Shown: piece by piece, positions 49,797 to 60,537 of the stretch
Layout: every line of letters starts with the position of its first letter
How positions within the stretch are numbered: the first letter of the stretch is position 1
From: a candidate division FCPU426 bacterium
GTDB taxonomy: Bacteria > Oederibacteriota > JAAXVQ01 > JAUVAV01
Reading direction: 5' to 3'
DNA length: 64,000 nt
Assembly: GCA_040756875.1 (NCBI GenBank)
Contig: JBFLYH010000002.1
Span: forward strand, 767,078 to 831,077
Notes under the pieces: generated by a model
What the model was told of the DNA's origin: nothing
What the model saw: only the letters and a program-made list of their open reading frames with translations
The model's database searches: none
Program-made: the position numbers and the translations under genes

Positions 49797-50512
49797 TATA
49801 ATGGTTTTTTCCTAGGAACTCCGACTCTTCTAGGATATTTAATATCTGTTTCTGCTATTTTTTCCACAACTACTATATTTCTACTATAATTTGAGAAAGG
49901 AACAATAAATTCATGCTTTTTCACTATTTTTCCATTAAGTAATGTTAATGATTTTAACGAGTTTTCCACTTCATTTTCAACAATAGGGCCTTTATATAAA
50001 ATAGAAATTCCTCCAATTTTCAATAATGGTATAGAATATTCTAAAACAGTATTTAATGAACTTACTGCTCTAACAACAGCTATATCGAATATTCCTCTAT
50101 AATTTTCTTTTCTGCCAATATTTTCAACATTATCATTCAAATACTCTATATCTATAAGATCCAATTCTCTGGATATTTCTTTAACAATAGCAATCTTCTT
50201 TTTCGATGAATCCAATAAATTGATTTTAACTGCTTCTTCTAATAAAATTTTTATTGGCAATCCTGGAAAGCCAGCTCCAGTTCCAATATCTATTATCTTT
50301 TTACCTTTAAAATTTATTATTGTACATGGAACTACTGAATCTAAAAAATGTTTTAAAATAACATCTTTATCATTCTCTATAGATGTAATATTTGTTTTTG
50401 AATTCCAATATTTTATTAATTCCATATACTTTAAAAATCTATGAACTTGCTTTTCGGAAAGTACAATTCCTATTTCTTTAAAACTATTCAATAGCAGTGA
50501 TTCATTGTTCAT
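49796..50512 (-). CDS. rsmG: 16S rRNA m7G527 methyltransferase
   Basis: WN..TNITS, HFLDS, DIGTGAGFPG, RAVS, YPRRVG.P.KKPL. Confidence 0.95.
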   Translation of the reverse strand: MNNESLLLNSFKEIGIVLSEKQVHRFLKYMELIKYWNSKTNITSIENDKDVILKHFLDSVVPCTIINFKGKKIIDIGTGAGFPGLPIKILLEEAVKINLLDSSKKKIAIVKEISRELDLIDIEYLNDNVENIGRKENYRGIFDIAVVRAVSSLNTVLEYSIPLLKIGGISILYKGPIVENEVENSLKSLTLLNGKIVKKHEFIVPFSNYSRNIVVVEKIAETDIKYPRRVGVPRKKPL

Positions 50513-50515
50513 AAT

Positions 50516-50531
50516 TGTTCCACGTGAAACA
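50516..50531. promoter_or_regulatory. parS site
   Basis: TGTTCCACGTGAAACA, perfect match to TGTTNCACGTGAAACA. Confidence 0.93.
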
Positions 50532-51884
50532 TTATTTTCCTATACAAAAATTAGAAAAAATATCATTCAATATTTCATCATTATTTACTTCACCAATTAT
50601 TTCTGAAAGCTTTATTATTGCAACATTTATATGAAATAATATCATATCAAATTTACTATTTTCATAATTAATAATATTTAAAGCATTTTTTATTTCAATA
50701 ACAGCATCATTCAATAACATGGTTTGTCTGTGGTTTATATTAATGCAATCATCTCGATATTCTGAATTTATTCTTTCTGCTAAAATGTTTAATAATTCTT
50801 CTATTCCTTTATTATTTATAGATGATGTATAGACTATATCTTTATAATTACTTAATTTTGAAAGAGATTCATCAGGGAATAAATCACATTTATTCAATAC
50901 GATTATTCCTCTAGAAGAAATAATATCGTTTATATCATTCATATAATCAGTGACATCTTTATTTTGATCTAATACAAAAATAATAATATCTGACTTTTGT
51001 TTTTGTTTAATAGTATTCGATATTGATACTATATCTATATTATCACGCATATCTTTAAATCCAGCTGTATCTGTTATTTTAACCTCTCTTCCGTCTATTT
51101 CAACAATTTCAGATATATAATCTCTTGTTGTGCCTGGAACTTCACTAACAATTGATCTTTCTATCTTCAGTATTTTATTAAATAAACTTGATTTTCCAGA
51201 ATTTGCTGGCCCAATTAATGAAATAGAAATATATTCACCATCTTTTTTATTTTTACATTTACTAATTATGTTATTAATTGTATTTACAGATGATAAAAGA
51301 ATTTCTTTAATGTAACTAATCCCATTTTCAACAATAGAAAATTCTACATCCGCATATATATTTGCCACCGATTTTTCCAATTCTTTCTTCAATTTAATAC
51401 ACATGCCATTAAATCCTTCATCATACTTTTTCCATATTGATAAGATATTTTCTGTTGTCCGCGCTTTAATCAACTCATCTATCGCTTCCGCTTGAATTAG
51501 AGTGATTCTTCCATTCTCAAATGCTCGTCGAGTAAACTCACCAGGATTAGCTATTCTCGCTCCGTTAGTAATAATCATATCCATAATTAACTTAATTACT
51601 GCTCTTCCTCCATGGCAATGAATTTCTACTGTAAGCTCTCCTGTGTAGCTTTTCCCACGTGGCATCAATGCCAATAAAACTTCGTCAATTTTCTCTCTTT
51701 TTTCATTATAAATACTGGAGTGTAATAATTTTCTTGTATTCAATTGATTTAATGAAGATAAGTTATATGGTGTGCTTATGACATTATTAACAATATCTAG
51801 TGACTTCGGACCTGATATTCTTATTATCCCAATTCCACCTCGGCCTGGTGGAGTACAAATTGCTGCGATCGTATCCGACCGCAT
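50532..51884 (-). CDS. mnmE: tRNA modification GTPase MnmE
   Basis: DTIAAI.TP.G.GGIGIIRISG, PGEFTRRAF.NG, GPANSGKS, PGTTRD, DTAG, FSNFCIGK. Confidence 0.95.
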   Translation of the reverse strand: MRSDTIAAICTPPGRGGIGIIRISGPKSLDIVNNVISTPYNLSSLNQLNTRKLLHSSIYNEKREKIDEVLLALMPRGKSYTGELTVEIHCHGGRAVIKLIMDMIITNGARIANPGEFTRRAFENGRITLIQAEAIDELIKARTTENILSIWKKYDEGFNGMCIKLKKELEKSVANIYADVEFSIVENGISYIKEILLSSVNTINNIISKCKNKKDGEYISISLIGPANSGKSSLFNKILKIERSIVSEVPGTTRDYISEIVEIDGREVKITDTAGFKDMRDNIDIVSISNTIKQKQKSDIIIFVLDQNKDVTDYMNDINDIISSRGIIVLNKCDLFPDESLSKLSNYKDIVYTSSINNKGIEELLNILAERINSEYRDDCININHRQTMLLNDAVIEIKNALNIINYENSKFDMILFHINVAIIKLSEIIGEVNNDEILNDIFSNFCIGK

Positions 51885-51921
51885 ATCTATTTCCTCTTTC
51901 TTTTTAATCTGCTTTTATATT

Positions 51922-52638
51922 TTAAGATATTTCGCTTTCTTTTGGAGCTATTACAACTCTTCTAAATGCACCCTCTCCAAGACTATACGTAGTTACATAA
52001 GGATTATCTTTTAAAATAAGGTGTATTATTCTCCGATCAAAAGCACTCATGGCTTTTAATTGCTCTTCCTGCTTTGTATCAGCGACTTTTTGAGCAATTT
52101 TTTTTGCGGTTTTTTCTAATATCATTTTATGTCTTTGGCGGTATCCGCCAACATCAACAATAAATCGGCCTTTTTGTTCCATTTGGTGATGCATAATTTT
52201 ATTAAGTATATATTGCAGCGCTGCCAAAGTTTGTCCATGCTTGCCTATTAGCAATCCTTCAGCATCACACAAAATATCATGAACAATGCTTCCTTCTTCT
52301 AGCGATGTTTTAAGCTTTGTTTGTATCCCCATTGTAATTAATATCTTATTTAAGATGCCTTCGCTTTTTTCCGATAATTCCTTTGCCTCGTCTGGTGATA
52401 ATTCTGCGGTTGTGTGTGATTCCTCACTGCTGCTTTTATTAGGCGTCGGGGATTGTTTAATTTCATTGTTTTTTGCACATCTCACATTTACTTTAGCCAT
52501 TTTAGTCAATCCAAAAATGCCTTTAACGGGTTCCTGAAGAATTTCTATTTGGGCGTCTTCTCTTGAACAACCTAGAAAATTTAATGCAGCTTCAATGGCG
52601 CCTTCGATGGTTTTCGCTTCGCGTATGATCTCCTGCAT
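51922..52638 (-). CDS. jag: Jag/EloR RNA-binding protein
   Basis: Jag_N, KH LLIGKHGQTL.ALQ, R3H RRIIH. Confidence 0.93.
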   Translation of the reverse strand: MQEIIREAKTIEGAIEAALNFLGCSREDAQIEILQEPVKGIFGLTKMAKVNVRCAKNNEIKQSPTPNKSSSEESHTTAELSPDEAKELSEKSEGILNKILITMGIQTKLKTSLEEGSIVHDILCDAEGLLIGKHGQTLAALQYILNKIMHHQMEQKGRFIVDVGGYRQRHKMILEKTAKKIAQKVADTKQEEQLKAMSAFDRRIIHLILKDNPYVTTYSLGEGAFRRVVIAPKESEIS

Positions 52639-52661
52639 TTCCTGTGGGCCTCCTTATTCAA

Positions 52662-54236
52662 TCAACGACTGCGGTTGATTAGTAATTGTTGTCCTATAGA
52701 AAGTATATTTGAAACTACCCAATATAATAATAATCCTGAAGGCCAAACAAAAGCAAAAAAGGTAAGCATTGCCGGCATGAAATATAACATCATTTTTTGC
52801 TGAGCGGCAGCTTCTGGCGTCGCTGCTGGTGGTGTTGACATTTTCTGTTGTATGAACATACTTATTCCCATTAACAGTGGTAAGACATAATAAGGATCTT
52901 TTAAAGATAAATCTTTCCAAAACCAAATAAAAGGAGCTCCCTTTAACTCAACTGATGACACTAAGGTTGAATATAATGCAAAAAATACCGGCATCTGCAA
53001 AAGCATCGGTAAACATCCACCCATGGGATTTATTTGATATTCACGATACAATTTCATTGTTTCTTCATTAAGTTTGGCAGGTTCGTTTTTATATATTTCT
53101 TTAAGTGTTTTCAACCGGGGTTGCATTTTATTCATTGCGGTTTGCATTTTTTTCATAGATGAATAACTTTTTTGTGTCGGCCACCAAAGAATAACTCTTA
53201 TAAGAATAGTCAATAAAATGATGGCAAATCCATAGTTTTTTGTTATTGAATAGAAAAATTTCAATAAATAATAAAGCGGCACGCCTATAATGTGAAAAAA
53301 TCCAAAATGCACAACGTGTTGCAGCTGGTATCCAATTTTTTTAAGATTTTCATAATTTTGAGGCCCCAAATATGCATGCATTTCGATTACTTTTGTCTCG
53401 CCTGGCATGAGTTCTATGTTTGGAAATACGATATATAAAGACATGCTTTGATCTTCTGAATATTTAACTATTGCAGATGAAAATTGAGGATTTGATTTAT
53501 AAAAAATCATGCAAAAGTATTGATCCTTAATTCCCAGCCATTCCGGTGTGTAATCAACTTTTTCAATACCGCTTTTCTTTTGAGGTTTGATTCTCAATAC
53601 TTTTGCTTTTGAATAAATGACTATCTGCTTGATATTTTGAGGGGATGATCGTTCTTTGACAAGTTGCCAGATTAGCTTGGGTGTTTTTAATTCTATGACG
53701 TTTTTACTCAAATTGCCTATTTTTATCTCAACTTTAGCAGTTTGATTATTAAAAAACGAGATCTTCTTGGCAATTTGATATTGCTCTTTTTTCTTAAGTT
53801 CTAATGTGAAGTTTTCGGTCCCTCTATTAAAATCCCAATGTTCCTTTTTGTCGTTTACATTTTCTTCGTTCACTGCATACTCAAAATTAAAATTGTCGTT
53901 TTGTTCATTGGGCTTGATAAATGCTATCAGTTCTTCGTTATTCGGCGCGGTTTTTAACAACACCTCTTTAAGAATACCTTTGCTATTTGCGCTCATCTTT
54001 AAAAAATTATTTTCAAATTGATAATCGCTTCCTTTTTCATTGCTTTCCACTAACGCTTTTTCATCACTAATTTTTAATATTTTTTCGATTTCATCGCTTT
54101 CCGGTTTAGTGGTTTTTTCTGTAATATTAATATGGCTCGTAGAGATTTTTTGTTTTGCCTTTTGCATCGCATAATAATTAGAAAAATATAAAACCGCTAC
54201 GGAAATAATGATGAAAATGACAAATCTTTTATCCAT
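52662..54236 (-). CDS. yidC: Membrane protein insertase YidC
   Basis: NYGFAIILLT, NPMGGCLPMLLQMPVF, DPYYVLP, GLLLYW. Confidence 0.95.
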   Translation of the reverse strand: MDKRFVIFIIISVAVLYFSNYYAMQKAKQKISTSHINITEKTTKPESDEIEKILKISDEKALVESNEKGSDYQFENNFLKMSANSKGILKEVLLKTAPNNEELIAFIKPNEQNDNFNFEYAVNEENVNDKKEHWDFNRGTENFTLELKKKEQYQIAKKISFFNNQTAKVEIKIGNLSKNVIELKTPKLIWQLVKERSSPQNIKQIVIYSKAKVLRIKPQKKSGIEKVDYTPEWLGIKDQYFCMIFYKSNPQFSSAIVKYSEDQSMSLYIVFPNIELMPGETKVIEMHAYLGPQNYENLKKIGYQLQHVVHFGFFHIIGVPLYYLLKFFYSITKNYGFAIILLTILIRVILWWPTQKSYSSMKKMQTAMNKMQPRLKTLKEIYKNEPAKLNEETMKLYREYQINPMGGCLPMLLQMPVFFALYSTLVSSVELKGAPFIWFWKDLSLKDPYYVLPLLMGISMFIQQKMSTPPAATPEAAAQQKMMLYFMPAMLTFFAFVWPSGLLLYWVVSNILSIGQQLLINRSR

Positions 54237-54247
54237 TTTTCACCTGC

Positions 54248-54469
54248 TTATTTTAATGGATCATAACCCCCGGCATGAAAGGGGTGACACCGCAATATTC
54301 TCATTATTGCAAGATAAACTCCCTTTATTGGACCATACTTTAAAATTGCTTCTTCGCTATATTTTGAACAGGTGGGAATAAATCTACAAGCCTGGCCTAA
54401 ATATGGTGATACCCAAGTTTTATATATTTTTATGGAATATATTAAAATACTAATTATTATTTTATTCAT
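54248..54469 (-). CDS. yidD: Membrane protein insertion efficiency factor
   Basis: CRFIPTCSKY, RILRCHPF..GGYDP. Confidence 0.95.
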   Translation of the reverse strand: MNKIIISILIYSIKIYKTWVSPYLGQACRFIPTCSKYSEEAILKYGPIKGVYLAIMRILRCHPFHAGGYDPLK

Positions 54470-54819
54470 TAGATTATTTTCTCTTTTTTAAACATTTCTG
54501 TCATATTTTTTAACATTTCTTCACTTTTCTTGTTATTAAACTCATTATAAATAATAATAACTATACAAATTTGTACTTTAAATGAAACTCTAACTTTTCT
54601 GAAGTATTCTTTAATACGCCTTTTATACTTGTTTTTTAAAGCTTTATTTTTAATTTTTCTTGATACTATTATCCCAATTTTTGATTTTACATTATCGCTT
54701 TTCTCGTAATGAATTCTATAGAAGTCACAATTAATTCTTTTTCCTTTGGTTATTATTTTATTAAATTCATTTGTATCTGTTATTCTTGCTTTTTTAGGTA
54801 GGTTGTATCTAATGGGCAT
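54469..54819 (-). CDS. rnpA: Ribonuclease P protein component
   Basis: GIIVSRKI..KAL.KNKYKRRIKE (RNR-like motif); synteny. Confidence 0.9.
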   Translation of the reverse strand: MPIRYNLPKKARITDTNEFNKIITKGKRINCDFYRIHYEKSDNVKSKIGIIVSRKIKNKALKNKYKRRIKEYFRKVRVSFKVQICIVIIIYNEFNNKKSEEMLKNMTEMFKKEKII

Positions 54820-54953
54820 TATGCGGTCAATTTTTTTCTTCCTTTTTGCCTTCTCTTTTTTATGACGTTTTTTCCACCTGTGGTTTCCATTCTTTTTCTA
54901 AAACCGTGTTTCTTTTTTCTTTTGGTTTTGTTGGGTTGATATGTGCGTTTCAT
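54819..54953 (-). CDS. rpmH: 50S ribosomal protein L34
   Basis: Translated by hand (not in the ORF track): [44 protein letters not shown]. Confidence 0.97.
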   Translation of the reverse strand: MKRTYQPNKTKRKKKHGFRKRMETTGGKNVIKKRRQKGRKKLTA

Positions 54954-55301
54954 TCTTCTTCCTTTCACTATTTAATGTGTTTTTTTATTTTATTCACGCA
55001 TCTTACTTAAACACATTTACCTTGTCAAGATAATTGGCTTTATTAAAAATCCCTATAAATTATAGTTTTTCTTATTATTTTCCGCCTTAATTTGTTATTA
55101 TTTACATTAATTAAATTACATGTTCCAAGTTATAGTTTTACATCTTGTTTTCCATTTTTATCTTTATCTATTAAGCCATTTTCTGTTTTTCCACAGTTGT
55201 TGATTTCCTTGTGGATTATTTTTTTATTTTTTTCATTTGTTCTATCTGATCTTGCATATTACAATTCATTCCATTGCTTCCATTTTATTGAGGTATCAAT
55301 A
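54954..55301. promoter_or_regulatory. rpmH-dnaA intergenic region with DnaA boxes (upstream oriC part)
   Basis: TTTTCCACA 55187-55195, TGTGGATTA 55210-55218; very AT-rich. Confidence 0.7.
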
Positions 55302-56657
55302 ATGTCCGTTTCGGCATTTGAGCTTTGGTCACAAGTTTTAGACGATCTTAGAAATAAACTTAATAAACAGAGCTATGATACGTGGTTTCAGCCCACTCGC
55401 GCCCTTTCGTTTTCTGATAAAAAATTAGTTGTAGAGGTTCCAAGCCGTTTTTTCTGCGATTGGTTGAATGAGCATTATCTTTCCACTTTGATAGATATCT
55501 CATCCCGTCTTGCGGGCGAATCCGTTTCCGTTTTATTTGTTGTTTCCTCTGATTTACAAAGTAAGATCGAAACCCTTTCTCCCCCCGTGGCGTTTGTCTC
55601 TGATTCCGGTGTGCCACGTGGAATTTCAAGCGTTGGAACGCCTTTAAATCCAAAATATACTTTCTCCAGTTTTGTTGAGGGAAATAGCAATCGTTTTGCA
55701 CGCGCGGCATGTATGGCTGTTGCCGAAGCTCCGGCGAAGTCTTATAACCCCTTGTTTATTTATGGGGGGGTTGGGTTGGGTAAAACACACTTGCTTCAGG
55801 CCATTGGTAATTTTGTCATGCTGAACAACAATGACAAACGTGTATTGTATGTCTCTTCTGAAACCTTCATGAACGAGATGATTTCTTCGATTAGTTCCGG
55901 AACCATGCGTGCTTTTCGCGATCGTTTCCGTACGGTCGATGTTCTTCTAATTGATGACATACAGTTTTTAGTTGGAAAGGAAAGCACCCAGGAAGAATTT
56001 TTTCATACTTTTAATGACCTTTATAATATGCACAAACAAATTGTGGCTACTTCGGATTCCCATCCAAAAGAAATCAATTTGGAAGAACGTTTACGCTCTC
56101 GTTTCGAATGGGGATTGGTCTCTGATATTCAACCTCCGGATTTTGAAACACGTGTGGCCATTTTAAGTAAAAAAGCCGAACATGAAAAAGTCATTGTCCC
56201 AAATGATGTGTTGGCTTACATTGCAAACCAGGTTAAATCGAATATTCGCGAACTTGAAGGATCATTAATCCGCGTGGTAGCCTATGCTTCTTTGACTAAA
56301 AGTGATATTTCTCTGGATTTATGCAGGGAAGTTTTGCGTGATTTGTTTAATGATGATTTTCGTCCCATTACCATTGATTTGATAACGGAGATGGTTGCGA
56401 AAGAGTTCAATCTTAGAGTTTCTGATCTCAAAGCTAAAAAACGTACCGCTTCTATTGTCTTTCCTCGTCAAATCGCTATGTATTTGGCTCGAGAGATGAC
56501 CGATTTTTCTTTGCCTGAAATTGGAAGGTTTTTTGGCGGAAAAGACCATACCACGGTTATTTATGGTTTTGATAAAATAAAAGAACGTTTAAATCATGAT
56601 GAGAAGCTAAGAAATTTGATTAACCGTTTAATGTCCCAACTTCGCGAATCAAATTAG
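55302..56657 (+). CDS. dnaA: Chromosomal replication initiator DnaA
   Basis: LNPKYTF, YNPLFIYGGVGLGKTHL, LLIDDIQF, RELEG, GGKDHTTV; RBS GAGG before ATG 55302. Confidence 0.97.
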   Translation: MSVSAFELWSQVLDDLRNKLNKQSYDTWFQPTRALSFSDKKLVVEVPSRFFCDWLNEHYLSTLIDISSRLAGESVSVLFVVSSDLQSKIETLSPPVAFVSDSGVPRGISSVGTPLNPKYTFSSFVEGNSNRFARAACMAVAEAPAKSYNPLFIYGGVGLGKTHLLQAIGNFVMLNNNDKRVLYVSSETFMNEMISSISSGTMRAFRDRFRTVDVLLIDDIQFLVGKESTQEEFFHTFNDLYNMHKQIVATSDSHPKEINLEERLRSRFEWGLVSDIQPPDFETRVAILSKKAEHEKVIVPNDVLAYIANQVKSNIRELEGSLIRVVAYASLTKSDISLDLCREVLRDLFNDDFRPITIDLITEMVAKEFNLRVSDLKAKKRTASIVFPRQIAMYLAREMTDFSLPEIGRFFGGKDHTTVIYGFDKIKERLNHDEKLRNLINRLMSQLRESN

Positions 56658-56878
56658 TTGGAAAATATTATTAGTAATTTGTGATGTTCTTATCAATATT
56701 TTGTAGATAATATAGTTGTTCTTGTGGATTATTTTTTCTTTCTTTCGTTACGTTGATAACTTTTGTCTTTTTCGAGTTATTACTTTTTTTTTCAGGTTTT
56801 ATTATTCTTTATTCATTTTGTTTTTAATGTTTTTTCTTTAATTCCACAAATCCACAGGCTCTATTATTACTACTATAG
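56658..56878. other. oriC (dnaA-dnaN intergenic) with DnaA boxes and DnaA-trio unwinding element
   Basis: TGTAGATAA 56702, TGTGGATTA 56723, CGTTGATAA 56751, then TTCCACAAATCCACAGGCT-CTATTATTACTACTA at 56842-56875. Confidence 0.88.
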
Positions 56879-56890
56879 GAGGTTATTATT

Positions 56891-57991
56891 ATGAAATTTA
56901 AATGCAAAAGAGCAGATCTTATTTATGGTGTTCAAACCGTATTAAATGCCATATCCAACCGCAACACGCTTCCGATTTTATCTAATATTCTTTTTGAAAC
57001 AGATAATAATATCGTGCGTCTCACAGGAACAGATTTGGAAGTATCTATCAAATGTCAGATTCCTGCCGAGATATTATCAGCCGGAAGCATTACTATCCCG
57101 GCTAAACGTTTATCAGAAATAGTAAGGGAATTGCCGGATAGTGATATCAACCTATCATTAAATGATAATTCGGTAATCACTTTGACTTGTGATAAAGCTA
57201 TCTTTAAAATAAATGGTTTGCCTAAAGACGATTATCCCGTTCTTCCTAAAGTTAAACCGGACAAAGGGTTTAATCTGCCTAAAGCAACCCTGTTAAATAT
57301 GATTAAAAAGTCCATTTTTGCTGTTTCCACTGACGAGACGAGATATGTTTTAAATGGGGTCCTTTTTTTTATGGAAGGAAATAAATTGAGATTAGTCGCA
57401 ACAGATGGCCATCGTTTAGCTATGATTGACCATAATTTAGAAAAGAATCCCAACCAAAAATTCAACTATATTGTCCCGGCTAAAACGCTTCAGGAATTAA
57501 GTAAGATATTGGATGGAGAGGGCGAGATTAATATTCAAATCACTGATAATCAAATCGTTTTCATAAATGCCGAACTTATTCTCATGTCCCGTTTGATTGA
57601 CGGACAATTTCCTAATTATCAACAAGTCATCCCCAAACAGTCAGAACGCATTTTACACTGTGAGACCGGTACGCTTCTTTCTGCGACGCGAAGGGTTTCT
57701 CTGATGGCCGTGGATAAGTCGAGCTCCGTTAAATATACTTTTTCATCCAATAAATTGACAATCTCTGCCAACACACCAGAGGTTGGAGAAGCCCAAGAGG
57801 AACTCGATCTGGATTATAACGGCGATTCAATGTCCATAGCATTCAACGCTAAATACATTTTAGATGTATTAAAAAATATTTCATCAGAGAAATGTATTAT
57901 GGAACTTTCCTCAAATTTAAATCCAGGTGTTTTTAAACCCCAATCAGAGTCTGAAGAATATGTCTGCATTGTAATGCCGATGCGTTTATAA
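56891..57991 (+). CDS. dnaN: DNA polymerase III beta clamp
   Basis: TDLE, STDETRYVLNG, ATDGHRL, SRLIDGQFPNY, VMPMRL. Confidence 0.97.
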   Translation: MKFKCKRADLIYGVQTVLNAISNRNTLPILSNILFETDNNIVRLTGTDLEVSIKCQIPAEILSAGSITIPAKRLSEIVRELPDSDINLSLNDNSVITLTCDKAIFKINGLPKDDYPVLPKVKPDKGFNLPKATLLNMIKKSIFAVSTDETRYVLNGVLFFMEGNKLRLVATDGHRLAMIDHNLEKNPNQKFNYIVPAKTLQELSKILDGEGEINIQITDNQIVFINAELILMSRLIDGQFPNYQQVIPKQSERILHCETGTLLSATRRVSLMAVDKSSSVKYTFSSNKLTISANTPEVGEAQEELDLDYNGDSMSIAFNAKYILDVLKNISSEKCIMELSSNLNPGVFKPQSESEEYVCIVMPMRL

Positions 57992-58065
57992 TACTTTCAA
58001 ATCGGTTGTTAATATTTTGGATCGGCGTGATGTTGAATTTCTTTTTTAAGAAGGATAACTGACCT

Positions 58066-60519
58066 ATGGATTCTGAAGGACAGAAATTATATCCGGTTCT
58101 CATCGAAGAGGAGATGAAAAACTCCTACCTCGATTATTCGATGAGTGTAATTGTCGGACGCGCCCTTCCTGATGTCCGGGACGGTCTTAAACCAGTGCAC
58201 CGGCGCATTCTTTATGGAATGCACGGGATGGGGCTGCATCACAGCAAACCATACCGCAAATCGGCCAAGATCGTCGGTGAAGTAATGGGGAATTATCACC
58301 CCCACGGGGATGCCGCCATTTATGACTCCCTTGTCCGCATGGCTCAATCGTTCAATCTCCGCTATCCTTTGGTTGACGGGCAGGGAAATTTCGGTTCCGT
58401 GGACGGAGATCCTCCAGCCGCAATGCGTTATACCGAAGCTCGTTTAGCCAACATCGCAGACGAGATCCTTTCGGACATTGAGAAAGACACGGTTCCTTTC
58501 GTTCCTAATTATGATGATTCGTTAACCGAACCTTCGTTGTTACCGGTGCGTCTCCCCAACCTTCTGGTCAACGGCACCACCGGCATCGCCGTAGGCATGG
58601 CAACGAATATTCCGCCCCATAATTTAAGCGAGGTCGTGGACGCCATTATTGCTTTAATACACGATCCGGATCTGAAAATCGAGGCTTTGGTGAAAAATTT
58701 CGTCAAAGGTCCGGATTTTCCCACGGGTGCTTATATTTTGGGCCGCGACGGCATTATGGAGGCTTATCGTACCGGCCGTGGTTCGATAAAAATGCAAGCC
58801 AAAGTCAAAATCGAACAGATGAAAAACGGCAAAGAGCGGTTGGTGGTCACCGAATTGCCGTATCAAATCAATAAAGCTCAACTCATTGAAAGTATCGCGG
58901 GGTTGGTTCGGGATAAGAAAATCGAGGGTATCACCGATTTGCGAGATGAATCAGACCGCGAGGGAATACGCGTCATAGTCGAAGTCGCTCGCAATGACAA
59001 CGCACAGATTGTATTAAATAATCTTTTTAAATTTACCTCGTTACGAACTAATTTTGGCGTCAATATGGTGGCGCTGGTCGATGGGCGTCCGCAAACCCTG
59101 AACCTTAAACAAATTTTGGAACACTTCATCGCCCACCGGCGCGAAATAATTATGCGCCGCACGCGTTTCGAATTGGATCGCGCCGAACGGCGCGCCCATA
59201 TCCTAGAGGGGTTGAAAATTGCTTTAAAATTTTTGGATAAAATTATACGTTTGATCAGGGCGTCCGCCACCGTAGCCGAAGCTAAAGCGGCGTTGATCAA
59301 GAACTTTCAATTGTCCGATCTGCAAGCCCAAGCCATTTTAGATATGCGGCTGCACCAGTTGACTAACCTCGAAAGTAAAAAAATTCAGGACGAGTACCTC
59401 GAACTGATAAAAACCATCGAGCAACTTCGGTCAATCCTCGCCAGTGACCGCAAGGTATTGGCTATCGTCATTGAGGAGCTGGAAGAAATCAAGAAGAAGT
59501 ACGGAGATGCCCGCAGGACGGAGATCGTCGCTGCGCTGGCGGATTTATCCATCGAGGATCTTATTGCGGAAGAAGATATGGTTATCACCATCACTCACAA
59601 GGGTTATGTTAAACGTCTGCCGGTTTCAACCTATCGCGCGCAGCGCCGCGGCGGACGCGGTGTTAGCGGGTTGGAAACGCGCGATGACGAGGATTTTGTG
59701 GAACATTTTTACATTGCCTCCACTCATGATTATATTTTGTTCTTCACTAATCAAGGTCGGGCTTATTGGCTGAAAGTATATGAAATTCCCGAGGCGGCGC
59801 GAACGGCCAGAGGAAAAGCAATCGTCAATTTGGTTCGCCTGCAAGCTAACGAGAGTGTCGAAGCCATGATACCGGTCAAAGAGTTCAGCGAAGAACGTTT
59901 TTTGGTTATGGGCACAGAGCAAGGGCTGGTCAAACGGATCCGCTTGGATGCTTTTGCCAATCCCCGGGCAGGTGGCATCATCGCGCTGACGCTGAGCGAA
60001 GGGGACAAATTGATCCAAGTTTTGGAGGCCACCGAGAACGAAGATCTTATTCTAGCCACCCGAGTGGGAAAGGCCATCCGGTTCAAAGTCAAAGCCATAC
60101 GGGAAATCGGCCGCACCGGCAAAGGGGTGCGAGGGATCACTTTGCGTCCGAAAGACAGTGTTGTAGGCATGCAAATTGCCCGGCCGGGCGAAAGCCTGCT
60201 GACCGTCACCACCAGGGGATATGGCAAAAGGACCACATTGGTTCAATATCGCACCCAGAGCAGAGGAGGCCAAGGCGCGCTAAATATCAAGACGACCGAA
60301 CGCAACGGCCAAGTCGTGACGATTCGGTCGGTCGCGGAAAGCGACGAAATCATGCTGATCACTTCTAGCGGGACCGTAATTCGCATGCCGCTGAAATCTA
60401 TCGGCATGGTTGGCCGCAACGCTCAGGGCGTTCGAATCATCAAGCTGGATGGGACGGATACGGTAAGCGCCGTAGCTCGTTTGGGTATTAAAGAACAGGA
60501 AAAGGACCCCAACATTTAA
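58066..60519 (+). CDS. gyrA: DNA gyrase subunit A
   Basis: [29 protein letters not shown], GyrA-box QRRGGRG. Confidence 0.97.
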   Translation: MDSEGQKLYPVLIEEEMKNSYLDYSMSVIVGRALPDVRDGLKPVHRRILYGMHGMGLHHSKPYRKSAKIVGEVMGNYHPHGDAAIYDSLVRMAQSFNLRYPLVDGQGNFGSVDGDPPAAMRYTEARLANIADEILSDIEKDTVPFVPNYDDSLTEPSLLPVRLPNLLVNGTTGIAVGMATNIPPHNLSEVVDAIIALIHDPDLKIEALVKNFVKGPDFPTGAYILGRDGIMEAYRTGRGSIKMQAKVKIEQMKNGKERLVVTELPYQINKAQLIESIAGLVRDKKIEGITDLRDESDREGIRVIVEVARNDNAQIVLNNLFKFTSLRTNFGVNMVALVDGRPQTLNLKQILEHFIAHRREIIMRRTRFELDRAERRAHILEGLKIALKFLDKIIRLIRASATVAEAKAALIKNFQLSDLQAQAILDMRLHQLTNLESKKIQDEYLELIKTIEQLRSILASDRKVLAIVIEELEEIKKKYGDARRTEIVAALADLSIEDLIAEEDMVITITHKGYVKRLPVSTYRAQRRGGRGVSGLETRDDEDFVEHFYIASTHDYILFFTNQGRAYWLKVYEIPEAARTARGKAIVNLVRLQANESVEAMIPVKEFSEERFLVMGTEQGLVKRIRLDAFANPRAGGIIALTLSEGDKLIQVLEATENEDLILATRVGKAIRFKVKAIREIGRTGKGVRGITLRPKDSVVGMQIARPGESLLTVTTRGYGKRTTLVQYRTQSRGGQGALNIKTTERNGQVVTIRSVAESDEIMLITSSGTVIRMPLKSIGMVGRNAQGVRIIKLDGTDTVSAVARLGIKEQEKDPNI

Positions 60520-60537
60520 CGACAGGAGGGGCAAGCT

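Noticed and set aside
48300-52000. Low-GC block as a horizontally acquired island
   Set aside because: Contains only core origin genes, has gradual edges and no mobility genes; reported instead as a parS-centred gradient
55092-55301. 70-aa N-terminal extension of DnaA in the ORF track
   Set aside because: Phe/Leu/Ser-rich translation of T-rich intergenic DNA containing DnaA boxes; the RBS supports ATG 55302
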